Source: a virus. From it: a DNA stretch of 64,000 nucleotides. Shown in pieces: positions 8,487 to 17,971 of this stretch. The notes beneath the pieces are model-generated. The model made no database searches, had not been told where the DNA came from, and saw only the letters and a list, made by a program, of their open reading frames with translations. How positions within the stretch are numbered: the stretch's first letter is position 1; every line of letters starts with the position of its first letter. The DNA lies in the UHGV virus genome UHGV-0113858. One strand, given 5' to 3'. The translations under genes were made by a program, and so were the position numbers.

Positions 8487-9983
8487 TTGATTTTGAACTA
8501 CAGTGATTTTGGGGTTACTTGTGCAGAAGAGCTTGAACAGGATGAGTGGTCACTGAGCAGACCAACATTCGAAACACCGAAGGGTGGGGTGTTGACAGTG
8601 ATTGGTCACAACGGAAAAAAGAGTAATATGAAAAGGTATATAGTCTACTGTAATAACTGCGCGTCAGATCCCCTCCTCTTTGGAGAGGCAGTATTTTCAT
8701 GCGGCAAAGAGTCATTAACTGGCGGGTCCTTTCCATGTGGGTGCTCTAAGAGACCCAAGTGGAATCAGAGACAACAGGTAGTAAGGGTGGAAAGGTTACT
8801 TGAAGGAACCAAGTTATCATTCATCGGATTTGCCGAAAAATACTCTAATGCCTCCACAAGATTACTCGTCTCATGTGGAAAGTGTTCACATGACCGTTTT
8901 GTAAAAGAGGGTTTTTGCAAAGGAGTTTTCATAACAACTTATGATGGGATAAAGGCGGGGACGTTACCCTGCCGATGCTCTCCCTGTTACAAATGGAGTC
9001 ATCAACAACAGGATGCAAGAATGAAATTTCTTGCAGAGGAGAATGGGCTAACCATTATTAAAAAGCTCGGTAGCGCACGTAATTACAACGATACCAAGTT
9101 TCTTCTTTCAGATAAGGATGGAAATCAGTGGTCTTGTTCCATACAATCCGCATTTTTCAGGAAAACACCTTTAGCATATCCGGGAAAAAATATAAAAATG
9201 AGGTCAGAAAACTCACGGGCCACGGAAAGGGATTGGGAAGAGAGGTTCCTCTCGACAGGTAAATTTGTTAAAGGAACAACTTTTAAAAGATTGGCAAAGA
9301 GGAATCATCAAGGGGTCTTTTCTTTTTGGGAGGTGTTTTGCCCTGTCTGCGCCGATGATGATTATTCACGCGCTGGCCTGTGCAATGGAACATTTATAAG
9401 CAACTCTACAAACCTGTCCAAAGGGCAGGTTCCGTGTAGGTGCAATACCAAAAAACACAACTGGACAGAGGAACAACAGATTTTCCGCATATCTCCTGAG
9501 CTAAAGGCCAGGGGGTGGGAATTTTTAGGGTGGGTAGATGGTTACAGAGGTAGTAAATCAAAATTTTATTACAAGTGCCCTCATCATCCACACCACAAAT
9601 GTGAGACTAACATCTCCTCATTCCTGTCATTGGGCAGGGGTTGCCCATTGTGCTCTGGGAAATCACAAAAACAGGCCTATCTCCATGCTGTGCAGGATGG
9701 AGAGATTATATGGGCGGTTAAGTTCGGAATCTCCAATGATTGGGAAAAGAGATTGTATATGCAGAATTATCTAAACGCGATTAAATTGGAGAACTTGGGG
9801 GTGTGGGAGTTCTCTTCAGTTAAAACTTGCAAATTAGCAGAGAAGGAGTGTAAAATGTCTTTACAAACAGGGGTTGTGTCTAAGAACGTGATGCCTGACG
9901 GGTGGAGTGAGACAACTCTCAGCCTTAATATTGAAAAAGTCATCGCCATTTATGAAAAACATGGTGGAAAAAGAATCAAATAG
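8487..9983 (+). CDS. T5orf172 (GIY-YIG-like) domain protein with three N-terminal Cys-rich zinc-ribbon-like repeats
   Basis: C-terminal VKFGISNDWEKRL resembles the T5orf172 K-I-G-x-T...R-L core; three repeated C-x2-C...C-x-C...W-x-QQ modules; TTG start, alternative TTG at 8493 after AGGAGA. Confidence 0.5.
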   Translation: MILNYSDFGVTCAEELEQDEWSLSRPTFETPKGGVLTVIGHNGKKSNMKRYIVYCNNCASDPLLFGEAVFSCGKESLTGGSFPCGCSKRPKWNQRQQVVRVERLLEGTKLSFIGFAEKYSNASTRLLVSCGKCSHDRFVKEGFCKGVFITTYDGIKAGTLPCRCSPCYKWSHQQQDARMKFLAEENGLTIIKKLGSARNYNDTKFLLSDKDGNQWSCSIQSAFFRKTPLAYPGKNIKMRSENSRATERDWEERFLSTGKFVKGTTFKRLAKRNHQGVFSFWEVFCPVCADDDYSRAGLCNGTFISNSTNLSKGQVPCRCNTKKHNWTEEQQIFRISPELKARGWEFLGWVDGYRGSKSKFYYKCPHHPHHKCETNISSFLSLGRGCPLCSGKSQKQAYLHAVQDGEIIWAVKFGISNDWEKRLYMQNYLNAIKLENLGVWEFSSVKTCKLAEKECKMSLQTGVVSKNVMPDGWSETTLSLNIEKVIAIYEKHGGKRIK

Positions 9984-9991
9984 GAGATAAA

Positions 9992-10231
9992 ATGTCAGAA
10001 CAAGTTCTTGAACAAGATAAGTACAAAATTTACGAAGTCGTCCTCATCGATGGTCAATACGAGGCAACGATTCGGGATATCTTTACCCGGACTGTCCGCA
10101 AGGACGAGGATACCGTTGAGGTTTATGTGTCTTATCGTCTTCACGAGAAGGATTGGTGGTGGCAGGAAATTCTCCCTCACCGTGTACAAAAGTTGAATGG
10201 CGAACTTAACTTTGGAGATAAAAAATGCTGA
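9992..10231 (+). CDS. hypothetical protein (79 aa)
   Basis: GGAG RBS; second gene of the antisense cassette. Confidence 0.45.
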   Translation: MSEQVLEQDKYKIYEVVLIDGQYEATIRDIFTRTVRKDEDTVEVYVSYRLHEKDWWWQEILPHRVQKLNGELNFGDKKC

Positions 10232-10521
10232 AATTAGAAGATAGTGGTATGCCTGATCGTAACGAGCCAGACCATAAGGTTTGTGTTGATTCCATCTGCC
10301 TGCTGTATGGATTCTCGGAGGATAATATCCTTAATGGAAAACGCTGTCTTGTGCTGGAGAAGACCATCCTCGGTGTAAATGGATATTACCCTCGTAACGA
10401 ATCCTGGTTTCTTTGTCACGTTGATGGACTCCCATATCTGCATGATATCCGATCTGATCACTTGATGCACCTGGACGATTCAGATCATCTCGTGATAGAA
10501 AAGCTATCCAAAGGTCAATAA
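10225..10521 (+). CDS. hypothetical protein (98 aa)
   Basis: GGAG RBS; third gene of the cassette. Confidence 0.45.
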   Translation: MLKLEDSGMPDRNEPDHKVCVDSICLLYGFSEDNILNGKRCLVLEKTILGVNGYYPRNESWFLCHVDGLPYLHDIRSDHLMHLDDSDHLVIEKLSKGQ

Positions 10522-10552
10522 AAAAAACCCGGCGATTGCCGGGTTTTTTTTT
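10520..10552. terminator. bidirectional rho-independent terminator
   Basis: A8-CCCGGC-GATT-GCCGGG-T9. Confidence 0.85.
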
Positions 10553-10925
10553 ATACATCTTTCAACCATTCATTCCTTTCGGTATAAATCATACGGTTTT
10601 TCTTCTTTCTGTTGAGGGTAGCAGGTATCACTTGGATATTATCACCACAGTTAAGGCCGGACACTTTAGTTGCCCTGAGCGGAAGCATATGGTCTGGTTC
10701 CCACTTTATTCCAGTATCTTCACAGCGAACAGAACACAAGTGGTCAGCCTCATCTCTGACAAACTCATCCCACTCACTATGGAGGGTAGCACGTTTCTCT
10801 GCTTCAATACGAGCAAGACGGATACGAAGTTGTTCTGCTTTACCTTCCGGTGTGGAACGCCGCTGACGATCAATCTCACGACGACGGGCGGCATACTGAC
10901 GATAATACTCCTGACGATCTCTCAT
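10551..10925 (-). CDS. HNH endonuclease
   Basis: C-x-x-C ... DH ... N ... N HNH core (CSVRCEDTG...EPDHMLPL...GLNCGDNIQVIPATLNRKK). Confidence 0.55.
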   Translation of the reverse strand: MRDRQEYYRQYAARRREIDRQRRSTPEGKAEQLRIRLARIEAEKRATLHSEWDEFVRDEADHLCSVRCEDTGIKWEPDHMLPLRATKVSGLNCGDNIQVIPATLNRKKKNRMIYTERNEWLKDV

Positions 10926-10937
10926 AAGAATCTCCTC

Positions 10938-11417
10938 TTAATGCAAGGTCAGAAATACCGTTAACAGGCCGTAGAGAACTGCCGCCAGAAGAAACCAGCG
11001 GTTATTGGAATTTCTGAACCAGTCTTTTACTCGGTATTTTACACCTAGCGTTTTCTTGTGTTCACTGATAATCCTATCCAACGATCTATAGAGATCACGA
11101 ATAGAGGCTTCGAACCCTTCATAACTATCAAAGGCCTCTTCCAGATGTTCTGGATCTAGCTTCCCCATGTCTCCAACACGAAAAGTGTAAGTTGTTGGTC
11201 TTATGGTATTTGAACCTCTAGTGACGTCCAGACGACCAACTTTGATAGAAAAAAGGATGCCGTTTTTGGCATCCCTTATGACGAGAACTCGTTCTTCTGT
11301 CACAGGCTCCCTTACGAGAGCGATGCAACCTTTTGAGTTTTCTATAAAACCCTTTTCCAGCAGAGTATGCCAGTGCTCTCGAAGGATAGGGTGTTCACGT
11401 ACAATCTTTTGAAACAT
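10938..11417 (-). CDS. hypothetical protein with C-terminal TM helix
   Basis: ORF. Confidence 0.4.
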   Translation of the reverse strand: MFQKIVREHPILREHWHTLLEKGFIENSKGCIALVREPVTEERVLVIRDAKNGILFSIKVGRLDVTRGSNTIRPTTYTFRVGDMGKLDPEHLEEAFDSYEGFEASIRDLYRSLDRIISEHKKTLGVKYRVKDWFRNSNNRWFLLAAVLYGLLTVFLTLH

Positions 11418-11489
11418 ACTAACCTCCTATCTTAATGATAGATCCATTTTATCATGAAAAACAGGGTTATCATATAAGATAGGGACGAT

Positions 11490-11720
11490 TCAGCACTTAA
11501 AACTGCACTTGGGACAAGGACAAGATATGCCGTGGAAGCATAAACCAGTGCCATCTTTTCTAACACCAGTGCCACCACAATTCGGACAAGAGTCATGCAA
11601 GCACTTCATAGTCCCGGTATCACCTGAAGAATGCCATACAACTTTCTCGATGCCTTGCTGGGCATAGTATCTTTCTCTCATAATCTTTGCCTGTTCTGGA
11701 GTGAGAAGACCATAACTCAT
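11490..11720 (-). CDS. small Cys-rich protein (76 aa)
   Basis: multiple CxxC pairs. Confidence 0.35.
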   Translation of the reverse strand: MSYGLLTPEQAKIMRERYYAQQGIEKVVWHSSGDTGTMKCLHDSCPNCGGTGVRKDGTGLCFHGISCPCPKCSFKC

Positions 11721-11879
11721 ACTGTATACCCCTTACATTGTAGCCAAACAAAGAAATCCTCCATCCAATCTTCCTGATCTCTGGTGTCGGGCCAGTTCTC
11801 AGGTTCTTCGGAGAGATTCCTGTGCATTTTATATTCTGATTGCCATTCTGAAATCAGTTCTACCATTCTACCCATAAAC

Positions 11880-12092
11880 TCAAGCTGTCGCATTTCTTCT
11901 CCTCATAACATAGTGGATTAAGGCCCCGAAGGGCCATGCAAAACCGATGGCAAAACAAATTTCAGACCAATCCCGATCCGTCTTGGCCTTATAGATTTGC
12001 TTCAGGACTGTATCCTTTTCCATCCTGATTGAGTATACCACGGCTATGATTGAATATGCAACACCAAATATCCCTACCAGCGCTTCAATCAT
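11880..12092 (-). CDS. small membrane protein (70 aa)
   Basis: hydrophobic. Confidence 0.3.
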   Translation of the reverse strand: MIEALVGIFGVAYSIIAVVYSIRMEKDTVLKQIYKAKTDRDWSEICFAIGFAWPFGALIHYVMRRRNATA

Positions 12093-13162
12093 ACCATTTT
12101 ACTCCAGCACATATCCTGAGCCGTCATGAGAACCCTGGCAAACAGGTCAAGATCCGCCATTTTAGGAAGCTGTGTCTTTTTGTACAAATCTTCCCGGATA
12201 TAATGGTCCTTCTCGTCAGCCCATGAGAGCAGTTCGTCAAGAGTCCACTTACCAGCCCGGATATCGAGAAGTTCCTGAGCATCAGGACGCTTCACAAGCA
12301 CCTTCCCATCAGAAAGAATCTCTTCTGCCATACGCATCAGGCGTACAAGGTGCATCGCGTGTTTGGTATCATAACCAAAGTCAACTTCGAGCTGATGACG
12401 AACTTCGTTTCGGTTCTGTTTCCATGTCCAATAGTTACGATGCTTCTCTTTCGCCTGCTTGTGGTCTTCTGCTAGGTACTTGACAATGAACACAGGCTTT
12501 CTTCTTTTATCAGCATCCGATAACTGCTGGTAGTCCACACGACGGATCGAACCATCGGTATTAAACATCCCTGAGCTGCTGAAGTTTTCCATCACCCCGT
12601 AGATATCATTCCCATAAGGCACAAGGATACACATATCGTTGAGGTTGTTCATTGCTTCCATGAAACGATCATGTTTAATTGCCCCGGCAAGGAATTCGTT
12701 CTCACTATAGTTGTGAACTAATCGGAAGAATTCCTTTTGCGTAGGCTTTGCCTCAGGCTGCGGGTTGCTGATCCATTTATCGTGACCACGAATACGCTTC
12801 AACTGAGCCATCGCATACCCAGAAAAGGAGAACGCTACCTTACTGGTCAGTAGCGCCGGGGCCATTGTGCGAAGATATTCATAAACTTCAGAGGTTTGCA
12901 GAATATCCATATCGTCGACAAACATCAGTTCGATAATGTTGGGGTTCATCTCTGCAAACAATTTCATGAAGTTTGTCAGCTCATAAATCTTCCCATCTTC
13001 TTCATCTTCCAGTGTCTGCTCTTTAATGTTAAAGAACGGTGTGCGAATGAATTTAGGAGGGGCGCAGAACAGACCCCGGATATCCACATCACTAGTTGGC
13101 AGATTTGTGCCATAAGCCAAACTTCCTGAGTGACATCGCATCACTTCGAAATTTTCCATCAT
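12089..13162 (-). CDS. Pol-beta superfamily nucleotidyltransferase-fold protein (357 aa)
   Basis: GSLAYGTNLPTSDVDIRG = G-S-x9-D-x-D motif; downstream acidic residues; helical C-terminal domain. Confidence 0.5.
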   Translation of the reverse strand: MMENFEVMRCHSGSLAYGTNLPTSDVDIRGLFCAPPKFIRTPFFNIKEQTLEDEEDGKIYELTNFMKLFAEMNPNIIELMFVDDMDILQTSEVYEYLRTMAPALLTSKVAFSFSGYAMAQLKRIRGHDKWISNPQPEAKPTQKEFFRLVHNYSENEFLAGAIKHDRFMEAMNNLNDMCILVPYGNDIYGVMENFSSSGMFNTDGSIRRVDYQQLSDADKRRKPVFIVKYLAEDHKQAKEKHRNYWTWKQNRNEVRHQLEVDFGYDTKHAMHLVRLMRMAEEILSDGKVLVKRPDAQELLDIRAGKWTLDELLSWADEKDHYIREDLYKKTQLPKMADLDLFARVLMTAQDMCWSKMV

Positions 13163-13168
13163 CTCTCC

Positions 13169-13543
13169 TTAGGAGGTTACCAGTTTCATCGGGCGTTTCA
13201 TATCCCAAAAGTTCAGGAGGCCCTGACACAGTTGCTTTGTGGGCAGACCATCTTTATTCATCGGGGCTTCGTCACGCAGACGGCGGATCTCTTCAAGCAG
13301 AAGGATCACCTCATCTGGATAATAACCAGTAGGCTCTTCCGCCTTGATCATGCAGATACCAGGTTTCCACTTAGACAAAGAGTAACGACTCTCGTCTTCT
13401 TCCCGGTTAGGGTATGCATCAACCAACACCTTAGCCAGCTTACCACGGATCTGCTTTACAATACCGGGTTTTAGTTCATTGTACCCGAAATAAATATAAA
13501 CAGAGTCGCCAACCTTGAGAGTATCGCCACGAACATCATTCAT
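13169..13543 (-). CDS. hypothetical protein (124 aa)
   Basis: ORF. Confidence 0.4.
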   Translation of the reverse strand: MNDVRGDTLKVGDSVYIYFGYNELKPGIVKQIRGKLAKVLVDAYPNREEDESRYSLSKWKPGICMIKAEEPTGYYPDEVILLLEEIRRLRDEAPMNKDGLPTKQLCQGLLNFWDMKRPMKLVTS

Positions 13544-13544
13544 G

Positions 13545-14036
13545 CTATTCTCCTTTCAGTCGGAAAGATTTGATCATGGTAATCAGGTCTTTCTCCACTT
13601 GGGTATAGTTGTGGATAACATTTCCCATCTCATCACGATACTGATTCGCAATTTGTGGACCTGACAGTTGACCTGGTCGGTATACTAGATCCGCAACTTC
13701 CATGTATTGTGGATTGTACATATACTCTGGTAGCACAACAGCAACCGCCGTCATTGCCCCGTTAAGAGCATCCTTTTCCTCACAGAACGAGGCCCACGGA
13801 TACGTGGCCGAAACAGGGATCAGCTTTTCACACAAGGATTGAAGGCTTGACTGATAACCGCCATTAAGAACAATGATAGTCTTATCTTCATCCGCCCATT
13901 CCAATACTAACTTACCTGCCTTTGTCTTGGCAGGGGTGTAGTCACGGAATACCTCCGCGATCGCATGAGCGGACTGAATTCCGGCATGGATACCTGCAAT
14001 ATATTGATTTACTACGCAATACATACGTGTCTTCAT
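13545..14036 (-). CDS. hypothetical protein (163 aa)
   Basis: ORF; weak resemblance to PTH2-like fold only. Confidence 0.4.
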   Translation of the reverse strand: MKTRMYCVVNQYIAGIHAGIQSAHAIAEVFRDYTPAKTKAGKLVLEWADEDKTIIVLNGGYQSSLQSLCEKLIPVSATYPWASFCEEKDALNGAMTAVAVVLPEYMYNPQYMEVADLVYRPGQLSGPQIANQYRDEMGNVIHNYTQVEKDLITMIKSFRLKGE

Positions 14037-14251
14037 TATTTCTTTCTCCTGTACACAACTGTCCTACTATTCAGATGCTTCCCTACCCAACCACAAATGG
14101 CGCATAAAATGGCTAGCCACCAAAAAACACCACAGATCAGGGAAATTAAAATATCTTCGACCCTCAGTAAATCTTGTTCACGAAGGATGTGATAAATTAT
14201 AGCCACTGCTGTGATGATACCGAGAACAATATAAATAATGGCAAAAATCAT
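14036..14251 (-). CDS. small membrane protein (71 aa)
   Basis: hydrophobic. Confidence 0.3.
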   Translation of the reverse strand: MIFAIIYIVLGIITAVAIIYHILREQDLLRVEDILISLICGVFWWLAILCAICGWVGKHLNSRTVVYRRKK

Positions 14252-14604
14252 TTTTCTTTCCTTTCTTTCAAAAACTTACCAAGAAGGAATGCCCCTAATG
14301 CCAAGATAGCAACCCCCGCAGCAAGCACAAGAATAGGGAGCAGTAGCACACCCATTGCAATAATTACTGGAAGGAATAATCCACACATGACCGCAAGGCA
14401 AGCTGGCAGGCCATACTTGTACCAGATAGTATCATCTTCTGCCCGGTAACTGATACCAATCCCCAGCCCAGCCAGGAGGCTGAACACGAACATAAGCAAG
14501 AATGCGTTATTAAAGATAAATCTCCATACAGGAAGTACAACATCATCGATATAATTCATTTTCCTATCCTTTTTTGAAGAACTCTGTGTATTTAAACATA
14601 GCAC
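14248..14604 (-). CDS. membrane protein (118 aa)
   Basis: three predicted TM helices. Confidence 0.35.
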   Translation of the reverse strand: MLCLNTQSSSKKDRKMNYIDDVVLPVWRFIFNNAFLLMFVFSLLAGLGIGISYRAEDDTIWYKYGLPACLAVMCGLFLPVIIAMGVLLLPILVLAAGVAILALGAFLLGKFLKERKEK

Positions 14605-14771
14605 CCTTGTAGCTTGGATGCAAGCGATAATTACAACCTTTTTCGATACACCAGTCTGTGGCCTTGTTACGCAGGGCTACTAAACCGCACCATGCACAAA
14701 CTTGCTTCCCTGCATGTTTGTCCAGAAAGAAATGATGTTTCTCGTAGGTGTACTCTTCTTTGTCCTTAGAC
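14564..14771 (-). CDS. small zinc-ribbon protein (69 aa; start MSKDKEEY)
   Basis: GGAGG RBS; CxxC...CxxxxC. Confidence 0.3.
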
Positions 14772-15224
14772 ATTGTTCTTCGCCTCCAGCCAATTCCCAA
14801 GTTCATCTCTGGCCTGTTTGAAAGATTCAAGTTCAAGCAGTTTTTCATCTTTTTCCGTGAGCCTATCTGCCAGGTTGAAAAGTCTTGCCAACGCATGGTT
14901 GAGCAGCGTTCTCTCAAACAGAGTAGCCCAAGAAATTCCTTTGAAGCTGATTGCGTGATCAGTCCCATACTCAGTTATATCGAAGATTTCCACCTTCTCT
15001 ATGCGGAAAGGAAGCTCTCCATTTTTCCACACAAGAAATTTCCTTTTCCCTTCATTTCTGGTCCTAAAGTTGTTCGCCTCTTTTTCCAAGAACTTAAGGA
15101 ATTCCCAAGCCGGGTAATCACATCTCGCCACAAGTCGAGCATACTCTGCCTTCGCGTCTATAGTATTCTTTGGAGAGCGTCTTATCCACCACAAGTTGAA
15201 ATCTTCGTGACTTACAAGTTTCAT
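14766..15224 (-). CDS. hypothetical protein (152 aa)
   Basis: ORF. Confidence 0.4.
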   Translation of the reverse strand: MKLVSHEDFNLWWIRRSPKNTIDAKAEYARLVARCDYPAWEFLKFLEKEANNFRTRNEGKRKFLVWKNGELPFRIEKVEIFDITEYGTDHAISFKGISWATLFERTLLNHALARLFNLADRLTEKDEKLLELESFKQARDELGNWLEAKNNV

Positions 15225-16468
15225 GGTCTCTCCTTAAGAACATTACGGATTGCATCGATACGTGCAACACGGATCGCCTCACCGATCTCCTTACCGCTTT
15301 TGCCTTTCTCCAGCATTGCGGAAGATACCGCCTTGCTGTCCGTATTTACAACCGCCTCGAAAGCATCAAGGAGAATTTTTCCTTGCGGGTATTCCTTATC
15401 TGCGTGCGTGGCACCACGACCACGGGCATCGCAGAAACAAGCGTCTGCTAAGGCAAACACCTTGTCCTGTGTCTTCTGACTAGCCACGTTACCTGCGGCT
15501 TCGAAAAGCTTCATCATGGAACGTGGCTTGATTCCTTTATTATTCCCACGGCCCAAAATGCAATGCACACGAGTATGGTGCTCTGTCACGTACAGCGCAA
15601 TATCCCTGAATTCGTTAGGAACTCGAATCCGACTGCACAGCGTCCGCACAGGATCAAGACCAGCCTCTTCATGACCGAGGAGATTACCGTACTTACGGAA
15701 AGTGATCGCCTTTCCAAAGTCATGGCACAGCACCGCAAATTTCACCTGAGGAGAGCAAAAGGTTTTGTCTGCATGATGTAGACACATTAATGTATGAATG
15801 AAAGCGTCTCCCTCCGGGTGATGTTCTGGTGGCTGCTCTACTCCACGTAGGGCATCCAGTTCTGGAAGTTCACCCATAATCGACATGTGGTAGGCGTAAT
15901 TATGGAAGTTTTTGGAATTTAAGGCCTTTTCCATTTCTTTCCATTTCCGCTCAGGGCTAATCTCCGCAAGACGGTGACGATTATTAAACATAAGTGTGTA
16001 TGTTTTATGGTCAACAGACCAACTCTCACCCAACTGCGACTTAAGACGGAAAAGACGCAGAATACGCAGCGGGTCATCCATGAACGCCGACGTAGTATGA
16101 CGAAGAATCATATTCGACAGGTCATGCATACCATTGAACGGGTCAATGATAAATCCTGTCTCCATGTCTTTAGCCATCGCATTGATCGTCAGGTCACGAC
16201 GCGATAAATCCTCTTCCAGAGTTACATCCGGGCTGAAGAAGGTCTCAAAGCCAGTATGGCCCTCACCCGTTTTGCGCTCAGTACGGGCCAGTGCGTATTC
16301 TTCTTTGGTTTCAGGATGCAAGTACACCGGGAAAGCAGCGCCAACCTGGGTGAAACCTTTTTCAATCATCTCTTCGTGTGTTGCACCCACAACCACGTAA
16401 TCACGGTCATGAACTGGACGACCCAGCAGACCATCACGAACAGCGCCACCTACCAGATATACTTTCAT
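15221..16468 (-). CDS. cca: class II tRNA nucleotidyltransferase (CCA-adding enzyme) with HD domain
   Basis: N-terminal GGAVRDGLLGRPVHDRDYVV head motif; HD-domain His/Asp residues downstream. Confidence 0.7.
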   Translation of the reverse strand: MKVYLVGGAVRDGLLGRPVHDRDYVVVGATHEEMIEKGFTQVGAAFPVYLHPETKEEYALARTERKTGEGHTGFETFFSPDVTLEEDLSRRDLTINAMAKDMETGFIIDPFNGMHDLSNMILRHTTSAFMDDPLRILRLFRLKSQLGESWSVDHKTYTLMFNNRHRLAEISPERKWKEMEKALNSKNFHNYAYHMSIMGELPELDALRGVEQPPEHHPEGDAFIHTLMCLHHADKTFCSPQVKFAVLCHDFGKAITFRKYGNLLGHEEAGLDPVRTLCSRIRVPNEFRDIALYVTEHHTRVHCILGRGNNKGIKPRSMMKLFEAAGNVASQKTQDKVFALADACFCDARGRGATHADKEYPQGKILLDAFEAVVNTDSKAVSSAMLEKGKSGKEIGEAIRVARIDAIRNVLKERP

Positions 16469-16477
16469 CTTTTCTCC

Positions 16478-16744
16478 TTAGAAATTGTCTGTGTTGATGA
16501 AGTGTATACCGTTCTTCTTCAACAAGTCAACCTTTAATTTCCGTAAAAGAAGATCGTGGTCTTTTTTAATGGAAATAAGGGTATTCCTATGACCATCTAT
16601 CTCATGTGACGGCCTCACATGGAGGACCTTTTCGCGATTGTATGTGCCAGATGCCGTTTTCACATCAAAATTCTCTTGCAGGTCACCCAAAACAACAGTG
16701 TAATACGGATACAGATCATATTTCACAAATGCAGTTACTTTCAT
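16478..16744 (-). CDS. hypothetical protein (88 aa)
   Basis: ORF. Confidence 0.35.
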   Translation of the reverse strand: MKVTAFVKYDLYPYYTVVLGDLQENFDVKTASGTYNREKVLHVRPSHEIDGHRNTLISIKKDHDLLLRKLKVDLLKKNGIHFINTDNF

Positions 16745-16748
16745 AGTA

Positions 16749-17033
16749 TCACCATATCACGTAAGTTTTATAAATTTGGGGAAGATTGTTTTTATTCATG
16801 AAGATATCGTACTCTTCAAGACCATTTTCACCTTCAACGAAAAATGTAAACTGAACACTGTTCCAGCCGTTTCCGTGCTCATTGAGAGTTATGGCTGTGC
16901 TGCTACGACCAATAGCAACTTCAAGCACAGAGAGAATTTCTTCCTCATCATGAGTTTTCAAAAACTCTTTTGCTCGTTTCTCATCATAAGGCCAACCCGC
17001 ATTCGGGCTAGTAAGCTTTGCGTAAAGATTCAT
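16749..17033 (-). CDS. hypothetical protein (94 aa)
   Basis: ORF. Confidence 0.35.
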   Translation of the reverse strand: MNLYAKLTSPNAGWPYDEKRAKEFLKTHDEEEILSVLEVAIGRSSTAITLNEHGNGWNSVQFTFFVEGENGLEEYDIFMNKNNLPQIYKTYVIW

Positions 17034-17338
17034 TCAGTAATCTCCAGCTCTTCTGCGGTATACACATCGTTACCTTCGTACACTGTACCACCAATACGCA
17101 CGACGAATGTACGATCAACAACCTTACCAAAGTGTAAAGTTCTTGATCCTCCGCCCGTGGTTAAGTAGACATCCCGACTAGTGCGTGCAGTCCCGCACAA
17201 CTTATCCTCGGAATAAATAGCCATCTCTGTCCCAGCAGGTATTGCTACGACTGCTGTTACAATTTGTCCAACAGTAGAAGATGTTCCCACAACTTCACTG
17301 CACAGATCTCTAACAACGGTATAGATTTTATTAATCAT
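17030..17338 (-). CDS. hypothetical protein (102 aa)
   Basis: ORF. Confidence 0.35.
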   Translation of the reverse strand: MINKIYTVVRDLCSEVVGTSSTVGQIVTAVVAIPAGTEMAIYSEDKLCGTARTSRDVYLTTGGGSRTLHFGKVVDRTFVVRIGGTVYEGNDVYTAEELEITE

Positions 17339-17666
17339 TGTGTCTCCCCCAAGTATTCATATAAGAAACCAGATCCTTAAGTGAGCGTTTGTCGGATAGT
17401 GGATAAATACCATCTGAAGGGACGCCACCAGAAGCTAGCATTTTGTTCAATCGATTATACACGGCCTCAGGACGATTGCAACGTTTAATTTTCCATTGCT
17501 CCCCATCCGGGCTAAAATCTTTCTCTTCACAAGAAACATGGATCAGATCGCCCATGTACTCTTTGAATTTGATGGTGTGCATAGGACGGTGATAAATGTA
17601 GAATTTCATAGCAATCTCCTCTGATACGAGAAGCATAATTGAAGCTGTGCAGGGAGTCAAGCACAA
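17331..17666 (-). CDS. hypothetical protein (111 aa)
   Basis: ORF. Confidence 0.4.
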   Translation of the reverse strand: MCLTPCTASIMLLVSEEIAMKFYIYHRPMHTIKFKEYMGDLIHVSCEEKDFSPDGEQWKIKRCNRPEAVYNRLNKMLASGGVPSDGIYPLSDKRSLKDLVSYMNTWGRHND

Positions 17667-17671
17667 AAACT

Positions 17672-17695
17672 AAAAAACCCGCCGAAGCGGGTTTA
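17672..17695 (-). terminator. rho-independent terminator with UUCG tetraloop on the minus-strand transcript
   Basis: CCCGC-CGAA-GCGGG flanked by A6 (plus strand). Confidence 0.7.
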
Positions 17696-17971
17696 CCATG
17701 TAATATACAATCGTGCTCTAATGCCTTGCATAGAGGGTTCAACTTCTACGACATCAACCTCGAAACCTCCACCACGAAGATCAGCAATAATATGAGGCAA
17801 ATAATCAAGCAGGTGATCCGGCAGGTCTATCACCATCCCCATCCCCAAAAGTCCCTTCTTGGCACATTGGTGAATCCCCTCCACCATGTTGTCGTACAAC
17901 TGGTTCATCTCGGGCGGGATTGCTGCGTTTGCGATTTCTGCGATCCCTCGCATCTTGCTTGCGGCACTCAT
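17693..17971 (-). CDS. hypothetical protein (92 aa); overlaps the 3' end of the MTase ORF
   Basis: ORF; frame conflict with 17805-18488. Confidence 0.3.
   Translation of the reverse strand: MSAASKMRGIAEIANAAIPPEMNQLYDNMVEGIHQCAKKGLLGMGMVIDLPDHLLDYLPHIIADLRGGGFEVDVVEVEPSMQGIRARLYITW

Noticed and set aside
14748-15479. 243-aa plus-strand ORF
   Set aside because: Antisense to two well-supported minus-strand genes, including the motif-bearing CCA-adding enzyme; no RBS
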